A DNA stretch of 64,000 nt. Origin: Diadema antillarum. Taxonomy: Eukaryota. The translations under genes and the position numbers were made by a program. The stretch is from the NCBI RefSeq assembly GCF_040938485.1, contig NW_027271169.1, forward strand, positions 62,001 through 126,000. Reading direction: 5' to 3'. Shown here one piece after another: positions 11,601 through 23,757 of this stretch (its first letter is position 1; each line of letters starts with the position of its first letter). The notes beneath the pieces are model-generated. The model had not been told where the DNA came from. It saw nothing but the letters and a program-made list of their open reading frames with translations, and did no database searches.

Positions 11601-14600
11601 TGATTTGTCAAGGCAAGTGCAGCTTTATTTGAAATTTCCTGAATGACAAATCTGATAATCAGCAATGTAAAGGTATGGATATTTTCTTGCATGGTATGTG
11701 TATGGAATTCCACATGAGCGTGACAGGAAGACATCCATGTTCTTTTTGTTACTCTTTGATTTCACATCAGACTTTTTGAGCGGCGGCTGTAATGAAAGTA
11801 CAGAAGCATGCAAATACATGTAGGCCTATGTTGATAGGATAGAAAAAGGGAAGCTGTCCGCGCCCTATTATATATAACTCACGTTCACGACGTAGGAAGA
11901 AAGATTAAACAAGCGAAGCTTGGTGGGAGTGCTGTGGCACACGAGTTTTGAATGCGGGAACGGCACGTGTTTGAATCCAAGCCGGTCGAACGTTCAAAGG
12001 AGTAGAAGCGAGACATAATAACATCACTACAGTGACTGTGATAATATATCCCTCAAGCCCTTATAAATCTGGATCTTTATGTTTGTAATCAAACATACAG
12101 TGTATGTATTTTCAATCGAGACTGCCCAAAGTTTTCTGTAGCATTTGTATCAGACGTAGGATACTCATTATGATACTGATGTGGATAGATGCAAGAATTA
12201 AGTCTTTTATTTAAACTTACGCATTCAGATTTGAGTGCTTCGTGCGAAGAGAACAAAATAGCCATGTACAAGATCGTAAATCTTTGGCCAAAGTCGGCAA
12301 ATTAATCTATTGATATGCTGTAGAAGCTTTGATTGCGTCATGTGCATGGTCACGTCACAGGTGTGCGTCGCTTCAATGGCGACATCGAGTACATGCTGCG
12401 GGACTACAAGTGGATGCAGCCCGTCATCAAGCCGCTCCTCTGCTGGTACTCCGCCTGCTGGGTGGTCGTCACTCCCAGTATCATTATGGTGAGAAGCTCC
12501 CATAAAATGAATGAACACACAGCTTCAACAGCGCCCTCTATTTTAGCAGATTGTATTCTTCCCTGCAGTGAAGTCGTATGCATACATTGCACCCTTAAAT
12601 GTTTATGGCTTTATCTGAATAGAATTGAATTGAATCGAATTGTATTAAGTGGCCAATTAGGAACCAATGGATGCTTGTAAGCAAGTGAGTGACTGCTTAA
12701 ACGACTCCACAGTGAATATAAATTGTCTTGCTAAGGAGTACAACCATTGGTATTATGGGATTTGAAGCAGGGACCTCTTGATTGACAGCAGCCGTCTTTT
12801 TTACCGAGCCACAACAGCTACTTATCGAGAATCGTGATATTTAACACTTAATGATGAAGTCAGAAATATATAATACGATTTTATGATTGACTTAGTTTCT
12901 GCATGATTATACCAATGTAAGGATATACATGCCGCCGTAATTTTGATTCGAAACACATTATTTGGACATAATTACAAGAACCAAGGGTACCTAAGATCTG
13001 TCATCCGCGGATCTACCATCATCATTTAGTGTTCCCTTGTTCTTTTCCTCTTTACGTTTTGTTATAATAGTATTATTTTTAAAAAAAAATTACTGTGGCA
13101 ATGATTAGGTTTTGCTGTAATCAAAATCTTTATTGGAACAAGTGTTGCCAATTTTGTGAAGTTGGACAGGTATTGTCGTTATTCAGGATCATTGCAGTGG
13201 TAATTAGTTTGAAAGATTGACACTTGGTATTGTTCGTAATATCGTGACTCAACATCTATTTTTGTGAAGAAGCTGGTGATTACTTCGATTTGATTAAATT
13301 AATTTTTATTCATTGACACTTACAATTATGTTCTCCGTTTTGCCCCCCCCCCCCCCCCCCCAACTTGTCGCGCAGTTCATCTGTATCTTCGGCCTCATCA
13401 ACTACGTGCCCGTCTACTACGGCGACTACGTGTACCCGAAATGGAGCGAGGTCCTTGGCTGGTTGATGGCCCTCGCTTCCCTCATCATGATCCCTCTCGT
13501 CATGGTGATCAAGCTCATCTTCACCGCCAAAGGCGACACATTTGTTGAGGTGAGGCTGTACTTCCCACGTTTGTTTATTTGTTTGCTTTTTTTTTTTATC
13601 ATATTTGTGAGCGACTTTGTTTGCATGGCTGGTGAATACCCACTGCGATTAAGATAGATTATCATCTGCATAAAAGCTGAGCAGTCTTTCTGTTTATATG
13701 TGTGCGTTTCATATGGATTTTTCAAGAACGTTATAAATCAATCTTAGAACAATTAGTAGTGTATTTCTCATCTAAGAGAGATGACTTGACCGTGACTTTG
13801 TCAACCTTCTTGTCTATATTATAACTATTTTCACTCTCCCTGCCGAGTATCGGAAAATGGAAGTAGAATGCTCTAATTGATAGTGTAGTTTTCTTGATTT
13901 TTCACGAGTTTTGTAGATTTTAGAATCATGGAGATTCCAGCGACCAGTTGGGGAGATGTTTTCATGATACATTATATCTCTGTCTTCTTAGTCCCAAATT
14001 TGGGAGATTCTGACGTTCTCTTTTCTAAACATGAAGAGATATTAACCCTAAAGGGGCCGGGCTTTTTTGGCTATGCTCAGACCAGGGGGGGATGGATTCC
14101 GCCCCCCCCCCCCCCCCCCCCGAGATCTCGCCCATCGGTGGTGCGATCGCGATGAAATTTTGCATGCGTGAGACCCGCGTCATAATCTACAAGATTGTGT
14201 CATAAGATTTTTTGAAATAATCAATTTCTAATTTTAATTCATTAATTATGCAAATTAAGCTCAAGATGATATTTTAGCCTAATTGAAAGCATTGAGAGTC
14301 TAATTTTTGATCTGTAAATCTGTTTTAGCATATTCAACAATTGTACATCACAAAAACTTCCAAAACTCATTTCAATTCTAATGTATTTTATTGTTTTCAG
14401 AATTTCTTATGTATTTCCCTGTTTTTCAACTTTTGTTTTTTCCTTGTTTTTTCATTAAAAATTGTCACTGACCACTTTTCTACCATAATTAGCACAAAAT
14501 TAATCAATGAAAGTGATTAATTGTAAAAGTAATCAGGTTTTTATGACTTTCATGACAGAGCACTGTTTTCCAGAGGAAATGTACACAAAACACAAAATTG

Positions 14601-15509
14601 TACCCGTTTTGGGGCGACATTCCGTTACAAAAATGGGCGTGGCTTCGCAAAAGTATGCGCGGACGTTGCAAATTTGGTGTCAAAAGTTGCGCGAGACTTG
14701 AACAAAGAAAGTCAAGAAGCCTTGCGACGAGGCCTTCTCGCGTTACAGAATTATAGCGCGAAACGTCGGGGGGGGGGGGGGGGGGGCGGATTCCGCCCCC
14801 GGCCCTTTTAGGGTTAAAGGGATGGTATAGTTTTGGTTGAGATGGAGGATTCAAATTTTAGCTTTTTTGGTGATAATTACAAACCACTCATGAAATATTA
14901 AAGAGCAAACATTTAATTTGAGAGGTATTCAAAATACATTTGATGAAAATTAGTTTTGAAATAGCTGACATATCCAAAAACAAAGTTGAAAAAAATGGTC
15001 CTAATAAAAGGTTGATCCCACCTTTCATTAGGACCACGTTGTTTCTGCCATTTTAAAACCAATTGAGGTCTCTCATCATCTCTCAATAAAGTTGGAAACC
15101 TGAAGCCCCATCTCAACCAAAACTCTATCATCACTTTAAAGATAGAGGGCCTCTTGCATAATCCGGGAGCCCTGGGTTCCACAGTAGGAAAAGAGCGATT
15201 AGCTTATTGCTAGGCAGAATTCGAAAGAAAGAATAAGAATTTGCGCGTTAAAGCCGTGTTCCCGCCCTCATTGACCTTTGACCTGTTCATGCCTTCTTGA
15301 CCTTTGAGCCTCCTTTTTACCAACAAGCACCCGCCCTTTTCTCATCTCTCCACACGCAGCGGTTGTTCTTCCTGCTGCGCCCTACCCTGGACTGGGGACC
15401 CAAGGACCAGCGGGATGCTCAGCCGATCAGCAAGGGAACGGGACCGCCTCCCGATCAGCCCGATGTGGAACTGGAAGCCATGAAACCGAACGGCGCCGTG
15501 TCCGCATGA
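2456..15509 (+). CDS. SLC6 Na+/Cl- dependent transporter, glycine transporter-like (SLC6A5/SLC6A9 group); 5'-partial, 11 coding exons in window
   Basis: Exons 2456-2675, 3285-3420, 4209-4343, 5489-5592, 6621-6745, 7570-7682, 9509-9640, 11062-11161, 12361-12488, 13376-13549 and 15360-15509 all have AG/GT boundaries with compatible phases. They total 1517 nt (2 nt plus 505 codons, ending in TGA). SLC6 motifs: [78 protein letters not shown]1-TM2 exons are absent, so they lie upstream of base 1. Confidence 0.93.
2875..3245. repeat. (GAAT)n/(GATT)n compound microsatellite
   Basis: Directly visible, e.g. (GAAT)8 at 2886-2917. Confidence 0.95.
3285..3420 (+). CDS. SLC6 exon (EL2-TM4)
   Basis: gcag|T...AAG|gtgagt; [45 protein letters not shown]. 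Confidence 0.92.
4209..4343 (+). CDS. SLC6 exon (TM5)
   Basis: acag|GTG...TCG|gtcagt; [26 protein letters not shown]. Confidence 0.92.
4420..4660 (-). mobile_element. Penelope-like pseudo-LTR fragment with a minimal hammerhead ribozyme motif
   Basis: Minus strand reads CTC-CTGAGGA-C-GGACAGC-CAA-GCTGTCC-GGAA-CGTC-GAG. A homologous purine-rich segment recurs at 63853-64000. The family assignment is inferred from the hammerhead architecture. Confidence 0.6.
4613..4651 (-). ncRNA. Minimal type I hammerhead ribozyme motif, probably inactivated (GAAA changed to GGAA)
   Basis: CUGAGGA core, perfect 7-8 bp stem II, palindromic ACGU stem III, GUC cleavage triplet and 3-bp stem I (CUC/GAG). Confidence 0.6.
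5489..5592 (+). CDS. SLC6 exon (TM6)
   Basis: ttcag|GTT...AT|gtaagt; [27 protein letters not shown]. Confidence 0.93.
6621..6745 (+). CDS. SLC6 exon (TM7)
   Basis: ttcag|T...G|gtaagt; [26 protein letters not shown]. Confidence 0.93.
6779..7250. mobile_element. MITE-like foldback element with inverted subterminal AAACCATGTTT arrays
   Basis: AAACATGGTTTTG copies on the left and 13-bp AAACCATGTTT(C/G) tandem units at 7143-7210 on the right. Imperfect termini GGTGCGTTT / AAACGCAGCC; no clean TSD. Confidence 0.5.
7570..7682 (+). CDS. SLC6 exon (EL4-TM8)
   Basis: caag|GC...CAG|gtaacc; [38 protein letters not shown]. Confidence 0.92.
8760..9135. mobile_element. TTAA-flanked palindromic MITE (AGGGATGG family, Kolobok-like), copy A
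   Basis: TTAA|AGGGATGGTATA...TACTATCCCT|gtaa; homologous to 14818-15135 and 55992-56386. Confidence 0.7.
9509..9640 (+). CDS. SLC6 exon (TM8-TM9)
   Basis: cccag|TTT...CAG|gtaaac; [16 protein letters not shown]...[12 protein letters not shown]. Confidence 0.92.
11062..11161 (+). CDS. SLC6 exon (TM10)
   Basis: cacag|GGT...G|gtaaga; [34 protein letters not shown]. Confidence 0.92.
12361..12488 (+). CDS. SLC6 exon (TM11)
   Basis: cacag|GT...ATG|gtgaga; [12 protein letters not shown]...[11 protein letters not shown]. Confidence 0.9.
12690..12815 (-). mobile_element. Degenerate tRNA-derived SINE head
   Basis: Minus strand has A-box-like TGGCTCGGT, B-box-like GCTTCAAATCCC, then CTCCTTAGCAAGACA. 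Confidence 0.45.
13376..13549 (+). CDS. SLC6 exon (TM12)
   Basis: cgcag|TTC...GAG|gtgagg; [26 protein letters not shown]. Confidence 0.92.
14046..14813. mobile_element. Non-autonomous piggyBac-like element
   Basis: TTAA TSDs at 14042-14045 and 14814-14817; 16-bp TIR CCCTAAA(G/A)GGGCCGGG with 15/16 identity; internal poly-C and poly-G arms. Confidence 0.8.
14818..15135. mobile_element. TTAA-flanked MITE (AGGGATGG family), copy B
   Basis: TTAA|AGGGATGGTATAG...TATCATCACT|TTAA; homologous to 8760-9135. Confidence 0.72.
15360..15509 (+). CDS. SLC6 last coding exon (C-terminal tail)
   Basis: cgcag|CGG...TGA; [14 protein letters not shown], matching the SLC6 P..WGP tail motif. Confidence 0.88.
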   Translation, partial: RLFFLLRPTLDWGPKDQRDAQPISKGTGPPPDQPDVELEAMKPNGAVSA

Positions 15510-18345
15510 TAGAGGGCGCACGTTTGGTTGCTGAAGACCCCATTTTACTTATTATTTATTATTAGCAGTAATCAATTTTGGCATAGAACGGAACCACCAC
15601 AGTTTTTATCTTTCTTTCTTTCTTTTTTTCTTGTCGTTAAGCACAGACACCACTGTACTAACGGACAAGCAATTACAGTCAATTTGATTTTTGTTTGTTT
15701 GTTTATTCCACTACACAGTTTTACCCTCGTTCATGGAGCAAAGAAGTTAACACTTCCGTATATTATTATCACCAACATTCACAATTTTTTAGAAACTTTG
15801 AAAGACAAAAGAAAAATGAAAGAAGACAAAGAGAATGTTTATTTCCGATTGTGTACGTAGGATTGAGTTTACTATCACCCTGAATTCAAACGTAAAATAT
15901 TACTGAATTCAGTGTTACAGCACCATTATTCATTTTAGATATTTTGTCATGTTTTTTTTTTTCTAAGTGATATTCGTTGATTTGAGCACTCATGTAATCA
16001 TGTGGTTGATGTAAAATTTGGTGTGTTTCTTTTTTCTTTTTGTAGTTGCACGAGTGAAATTACCTTATCGATTGTAGTGTATAGTATCTGTATATTCGAA
16101 ACTTGGTGAAGCACATGCTTATATTACAGAAGTCACGAAGACAACGCAATCCTAAGCATTTGTGATGTGTGCTTGATGGTGCGGACAGCTTAATTCGTTT
16201 CTTATAACTAGTCTCGAAATGTTCTCTCCTTTGTATATTTGGTAGTTGGTTTACAATCAAGCTAGAAAGACAAACATCTATTATTTCCTAAATGCTCCGC
16301 CTTCGGAATAGTTCCAGTTATTTATTAGTAATAACCAGTGCTTCCGAAAGTTTGAAAGAAAAAAAAATCCAGCAGAATATCTCCCGGGATGTAGACTGTG
16401 GTACGGATCGGCTGAACTGGTTGTAAATGTGTTGAATACTACACAGCATTAAAAATGAACAAGCCCACAAGGAGATTAGCCCTGTGTTCCTTCGTACCTA
16501 TATGCATATGATAAGCGAGCAAAACATTGCTCGATAAACTGTGATTGCGTGTTTTACTTGTCCAGTAGGCCTATATTTTTCCCCACTTGTTCGTCGGTAT
16601 ACAGAAAATGTGAGTTTTGCTGTGAATGAACAAAAATACTAAGAGAGCTTAGAAAACAAATTGTATGTGTTCAACAGACGTCTGTAACCAATTGCCAAAG
16701 TGTAGCTATAAGCGGGGTGCAGTAATGTATAACTATTTATATATTTATACTCGTATACTGTCATATTATTTCTCCATGTCATTGTATTGTCATCATGATG
16801 GGCATTTTTTCTTTAGGTACACCACTATTCAGAACAAATAACACTGAAAATCTCTCCTATCTGTTCTTCCAACACAATCAATATATCTAAAAATACACCA
16901 ATCAAATAAACAAACACACACGGCAAAAACAGAACAAAAATATAGGAGTAGAACCTAGTTAAGTTTTCGAAACGGTACACAGTGGAATTAGATAAACCTC
17001 TCCTATCTACATACGTGGCGTAATCACAAGGGACAGTTTTTCGTCGTGCCCATTTCGTGTTGAAGGAGGAAGATGCAGGTTTTCTTCATGTAGACGTCAT
17101 GTAATTCAACGTCGGAGCAAAAAGCTATGAGCTATGCAAAACTAGGTATCGGAAAACGCTATAAGAAAGATTATTCGTCATTACTATATCAGTTATCTGT
17201 TGTATGCCAGTAGCATTCAGATGCGAACATCCAGAAGGGGTGGAACTGGAGATCACAGCTCCAATGGAGTCAGAGTCTTGGACGGTTCTATTTCGACTGA
17301 TGCGACCACCCTTATTGGGCAGTGGTTGTATTCATTCAGTAGCATAAGTAGAAGTTGTTTAATGCCATGCTTAACACTGGAAATGATGTAAGTTTATAAT
17401 CAGGCGAGCCCTGACTGCGGTGCAATTTAGATAATTGTGATATTTACTAGCTTCTGATATTGTTCACTTTTTGAGAACACTGACGATATGATTCGACGCT
17501 TTCACCAACTCTGTAAAGGCTAGTGACACTAAATGGCACTAGTGTTTTATGCAGTGAATGTAAAGTCTTTAAAAAAGATCATGCTTCTTCCACATTATGT
17601 CTGTGCTCGCTGATGTGCTGACCATTTACAAAATTACTATTAAAGGGAAATTCGGAAAATGTGTTTTCTTTACATACGACATTATGACGCTTAGGCCTAA
17701 GTAGTAATGATGCGTTTGATCGCAAAATGAATTAAATCTATTCTTGTCAAGAAGAGGTATTTGCAGCTAAACCTGCGAAAAAAAAACCAGCAAAATTATA
17801 AGAACATATGGGATATGTTAATCATAACTTTTCACGTTGTATCTCTTTTTATGCGGTAAGTGAAGTATCAGTGGACAGGTTTTGTATTGCTCTATCTGGT
17901 AGTAGACTTAGTTTGAAATGTTTGAAGATGGCCCTTTGATTAACTCGTTATGCGATCAAACCCTTTATATGTATCAGTAGGATGAATGTTTCTGCTAAAA
18001 AAAATGGCGTCCAACTAGGCAATGGTTCGTCCAGTTCTCTGAAATAATTAACAAATCTGATTTTGAAGGTACGTCACTTACTTCTTTCTGCCAGTGTTGG
18101 TCAGGGTGTATCACCGTAGGCCTACTGTCTGTTTCTAAAACTCGGAATAATGCTGAATGCAGAATATGAGTTTCTGTCAGGCTGACAGTGTGGAAGCTGT
18201 TTTGCTGATTCTTCGGATGCAATCGTTGTCGTAGATAAGTAAGAATCGTTTTACTATGACGTCATTGACAGGTTGTGTGATGTTCACTTGTACGTAAAAC
18301 TCCAATATGAAGGACAGTCCTGTAAGCAGAATGTGACGGAATAAG

Positions 18346-19657
18346 TTTTTATGCCTCCGCCACGTAGTGGTGCCGGAGGCATTATGTTTTCGGGTTGTCC
18401 GTCCGTCCGTCCGTACGTCCGTCCGCTTTCGTTTACGCGATAACTTGAGTAATATTTACTGGAATTTTACCAAACTTGGTCCAAGTATGAAGTATGATGG
18501 GGCAATGATTTGATTAGATTTTAGGTTAAATCGGCAAAAGGTCAAAGGTCAAAGGTCAAGGTCAAATCATGAAATTTATCCGTTTACGCGATAACTCAAG
18601 ACTGTATGGAGCAAATTTCACCAAACTTTCTTGGAGGATGATGTATGATGGGACAATTACTTGATTAGTTTTTCAGTGAAATCGGACAGAGGTCAAAGGT
18701 CAAAGATCAAGGTCAAATCCTAAAATTTATCTGTTTACGTGATAACTCAAAACTGGATGAAGCAGCTTTCACCAAACTTGGTCCAAGGATGATGTATGAT
18801 GGGACAATTAGTTGAGTAGATTTTAGTGACATTGACAAGAGGTCAAAGGTCAAAAGGTCAAGGTCAAATGCTAAAAATGTTGCTATTTCCCCCATATCTA
18901 TGCAATGCCCGCAGTTATTTTCTTGAAACTTAGTGTAGACATGTACTACTGCATAAAGATTCTCCAGAGAGAGTTTCATGTCATAAGGTCAAAGGTCAAA
19001 AGGTCAAAGGTTAGGTGAAAATGTTGCAATATCACATTTCTCACAAATGGTTCAATGTATCTTCATGGAACTTGGTACATATGCATGTACTGACTGGCAG
19101 GGATTATCTAGGGAATTTAGGGGTCATAGGTCAATAGTCAGGGGTCAAAGGTCAAGGTCAACTCCTCAAAATGTTACTATTTCCCTCATATATGCAATAA
19201 TTGCATTATTAGTTTTAAAATTTAATATATGTACATGTATTACTTAATGGAGATTCTCTTGGAAGTTTCCAGCCAGAAGGTCAAAGGTCAAAGGTTAAGG
19301 GTCACAGGTTAGGTTTAAATGAAAAAAAAGATATATTTTGTTCTGTAATTACACTCTTTCTTCATACCTTGAAAATTATACTCAATGCATAAACTTATAA
19401 TAAGGTCGGTCAGAAGTCAAGTAAAAATTTTCAATTCCCCAAATATGTGTACCTGTACTCTTAAATAGACAATTATAGCAAACCCAGTTCGTGGAAAGTG
19501 AACATTCAAGATATTTCTGATAAACCTGTTGTTTCGATATTTTGCCAGTTATGTGAAACTGTCATCACACATTGTGAAGACATTGTACTATACACCTATT
19601 GGGAGAATCATGCATTATGGCGGAGGCATCAGTCGCCGTAGCGACATTTCTAGTTTT
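18346..19657 (+). mobile_element. Helentron-associated non-autonomous element (HINE/DINE-1/Tsp-like)
   Basis: 5' T-run; subTIR ATGCCTCCGCC (18351-18361) with partial inverted copy (18374-18382); (GTCC)n microsatellite; 151-bp internal repeats; 3' subTIR GGCGGAGGCAT (19619-19629); hairpin GTCGC-CGTA-GCGAC (19632-19645); CTAG followed by TTTT. Confidence 0.8.
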
Positions 19658-22600
19658 CTTCTAATTTTCACTCAGCCTCGCAACTGTTTTGTCCGCTTTC
19701 AAAACTTTGAAGCTGTAACCAATATCGCACAAATATTTTCTCAGTGTACTTCGTTACATCGTGAAGAATTAACTGGAATAGTAGTGATGTTTTACTTTGA
19801 TGTGTGTGCCCCGTTTCAGCCGTCACGTTCACGTTACTTGTCACTGAGTCAATTTTATAGAGAGACGCTGAAATCACTTGATGTTATGTTTTTGATGTTC
19901 TCAAGAGCTTATCTTCATCCTGTGAAAGAGTGTCCGTCCAATTAGGCTTAACCTAATCGACTTCGCCTTATGTTAAGGCTTCATACCAGGGCACAGTCCT
20001 CTCATCAGCATTTTTCCCCTTTCATTTCTTTTGGCTTGCAAGAGCACTCCGACAAAGTTTGCGATCTTTTCGATTTCATGCTGCTGGGAGGCATGCAGGC
20101 TTGAATAACTTGTAGCAGGTCTCCACGCTGGTGTGAGAAGTGGCCATATATAATGGTGGGAGATCACTTGATGTGTGTGGACAGCTTAAAAATAATCACG
20201 CTTGTGTAAGAAAGGTGCAATGGAGTAGTTACGATTCGGGGGTCTAGGGGTGGATCCATTCTAAAGAAGAGGGGATCACAGTTTGAAAGAAAGTTTGATA
20301 AAGTTTTGATCCCAATGAGAGACGAGGGAACAAGCGATGTGTGCAGTCTAGTATAAATCACTGTGGCTAGAACTCTATGGTAACTCAATAAAGTAGTATA
20401 AGACAAACTGCTGATGAAATCAACTATCTTGCCGCAATGACTAATCTCTCTATCTCTTTCACGGGGGAGAGATCGTCTTGTTAATCCTTCAAGATTATCA
20501 GGAGGAGACAATATCATTGATTGCATGTCGATCTGTGTGAATAATTGTACGTCTTGTGGTTCGCAACTATATTAGTTGCAGCCACATGGCACATTGTGTT
20601 GGTGCCATTTTGTGATGTTGTTCGAATTTATTGTTTTACTGTAGTTAAGAGTTTGTTCACCAGTTCTAATCCTGCACCAGGCAAAGTTTGATAGATATGT
20701 GTGACTTTAGGTGTTCTGTGCGGCCGCCGCCTCATGGAACCGCGGCTGTAGGTGGTTTGCACGTATGAGGGCAGTGTTTCCATCAATTATGTTCTGTGAT
20801 TATCATCAGAGAGCTTTGCTATGTTTGCGCTCTCTTTGGCGTTTTGTTGTTAGTGTTATAAGCCAGTTTCAGCAATGTCGCAATGGTCATAGATATTGTA
20901 CAATTAGTCCACACGAATGATTTGAAATTGCAGAGCTTAGTAGATGTAGATGTGCGTTGCTGTTTTACAAAATGTCACATACACGTCACCTGACTGGACG
21001 GTCGTTTGTTTTTGTGTTGCTTTTATTTCAATTTACACTCTTGACAATTTCACATTGTCACCTTAAAGTAATTGTAGTTTTACAAGTATCAATTAAATCA
21101 ATATTTACCGATGCTTGTGCGTTTCATATCTGACCAAAATCACCCTTCCTCCCCCCCCCCCCAAAAAAAAAAAAAAAAAAAAACATCACAAACAAAAGTT
21201 AACAAAACGAGCTCTTTGTCCTGTTTGTTTGATTTAATAACTGGTTGGCTAGAAAAAAAAGGGGGGAAGAGAAAAAAAAAGATAGATAATATCACTCAAC
21301 ACTGACATACATGTAGCAACTTTAATTTTGGCTTATTAAATCATATTAAATCCTGGCTTATGTTCTGGTTTCCTTGTACTAGGTTATGTTGACATCTAAT
21401 ATTCTCACTTTGTGTTCGCTCTGCTGTTGTAATAGTTGAATTCGAGCTGAAAAGCAAACCCATTCCCGACTATGTACTACTAGGTGACATGGTGCATATT
21501 CTTGTCCATTTTGTGTGAAAGCTTAGTTCGAGGCTTTTTGTAAACTCACTGGTGCGTTTTCATGACCGACCTCCAGCCAGCTTACAGATGCAACTTATTG
21601 TAGATTTCGCTCTCAGGTGGTTTCGACAATAGACATCCCACGTCATCTCATTCATCTTAAATTCCTTCTCAGGATCGACCGCTTCACCCATTCATTTCTC
21701 CCTATATACATGATCGAAAAATAACATTCCTTACTCTCTGAAATAGACATCGATAGAATGCATGCCGATGACAACAATGTCCGGCATATTCTCCTAATTT
21801 TCACGCATTTTGTAAAGTTTAGTTAAGGAAAAAAAAAATGAAATGCGGCTTCATGTCCACCAACCTGCGGATTTTGCATGTAGTGGCCTAGACTTTTCCA
21901 TTATTTTTTTTTCTCCTACCATCAAACCAGCCCAATGCTTGCGCTGTACATCATGTTACAAATTAATACGCTCCTCGGCATATCAATGATTCGTTTCACT
22001 ATCTCTTTTACTTCAAAGAACGGTAGGTGTAATTTAAAGTAAAACAGAGATATTTCATAGATCTTACGTGCTGTCAACATTTTGCTAAATTTGTAGTGAA
22101 CAATTCTGCTATAAATGCTTGTACGGAAGGGGAACTACCATCCAGAAGAAGATAGATACAAAATGTTACATAAAATCAAGCAAATTTAAACAGGAAAGAC
22201 ACAATGTGGAGGTCAGCATGCAATGCGATATCTTCTCGCGCGGGAAATAATTTGTGTACTGAAATCATTTCTCATTAAAGCGATGGTGTACATCATGTTG
22301 TATTGGTTGCGGCAGAATGGTCGCGGAAAATGGTTAATTAATTTTATGGTTAATGACGTAAGGTAAAAACAGGAGCCCTCACGTGGAAATGACTGTTGAT
22401 ACAATGTAGTTGCGTATTGAGTCGAGTTCTTTCGCATCGTAACAACGCGAGGATATTTCCCGAGTTTTATATCATATTGTAAGTAGAGATATGAGTACTT
22501 AATAACGATTTGCTTTGACTAACATTGATTTACGTTAATAGTTTGATAACATTAACAAAGAATGCGTGTTATGTCGATAGCATACATCTTTACTACATTG

Positions 22601-23198
22601 GCTGGTTTCTACCATTTTTACTCATTACTTTTTTTTTTTTTTTGGATAGAGTAATAGCTTTGTACTATGCTGTATATCCAGTATATTTCGTTTTATTTCT
22701 AACATTCTCGAGTTGTTTTATGCACAAAGAAGACAAGACATTGTCCACTGACATTGTCTTGTCTTTAACCATGTAGACAATTTTGTTTTATTGTTATACT
22801 TTGCTAGAAACGCGATATTCATCTTTTTGTATAATTATGACATTGATGAGTTTGATTTTTTTTTTTTTTGCTTTGTATTTTCGTCGTTATAGCTTAGGAA
22901 AGAAATGTGGCTGTGACGATATCCGAGTTGTGTGAGGATGTGACGAAATAAACACGTCTTTCCAGACATTTGAACTGCACAGACAGGTTGTTATCCTTCT
23001 GATGATTTTAGTGTACGTGCCATATAGCGTTTATTGCATGCAAGATTTAAAAAGGCTTCAAGCTTAAAAAAAGAAAAGAAATTCCGCTTTGTATATTAAC
23101 CTTGACAAATACATTGCAAACAACAGAGAACGCCGACAATTCATTAACTTTTGACGAATAGGTAAAGAAGGTATGAGCATTGAGGGTTTGTAATTTAA

Positions 23199-23757
23199 AG
23201 GACAAGTTCACCGTCATATACATGTGGATTGAGTGAAGGCAACAATGTTAGTAGAACACATCAGTGAAAGTTTGGGGAAAATCCGACAATCCGTTCAAAA
23301 GCTATGAATTTTTAAAATATCTGTGCAATCACTGCTGGAGGAGAAGACTACTGCAGTGCATGATGTCACATGCGTACAACGATATAAGGAAAATAAAAAG
23401 AGAATTTCACAAAACTTGACTTTTTGAGTAAAGTGAACATTTCCTCGACTTGTTACTGACTTATGTTAGGGGTGATATTATTCCCCCTGACTTCTGAAAG
23501 AGAGAAGTCGAGTGTTCTTTTATTATGTGAGAAAAATGAGAATATCTTGAATTTTCTTTATACCTTCTTTATATAGTTGTACTCATATGACATCACAAGC
23601 TATAGTAGTCTTCTCATCCAGCCCTGACTGAGCAGAAACTTCAAAAATTCATAACTTTTGAACGGATCGTCCGATTTTCCTCAAACTCTCATTGATATGT
23701 TCTACTAATATTGCTGCACTCACTTAACCCACATGTCTATGAAGGTGAACTTGTCTT
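23199..23757. mobile_element. TTAA-type palindromic MITE (AGGACAAG family, Kolobok-like), copy A
   Basis: TTAA|AGGACAAGTTCACC...GGTGAACTTGTC; long inverted arms; homologous to 52380-52949. Confidence 0.75.

Noticed and set aside
17200-17391. 63-aa ORF after an AG, with an alternative frame LFRLMRP resembling the SLC6 last exon
   Set aside because: No nucleotide similarity to 15360-15509 and no WGP motif; likely chance
19660-20530. Possible decayed L1/Tx1 reverse transcriptase on the minus strand (RVLATVIYTRL, RGLCPG)
   Set aside because: Motif spacing is inconsistent with RT and there is no clear YADD; unsupported without a profile search
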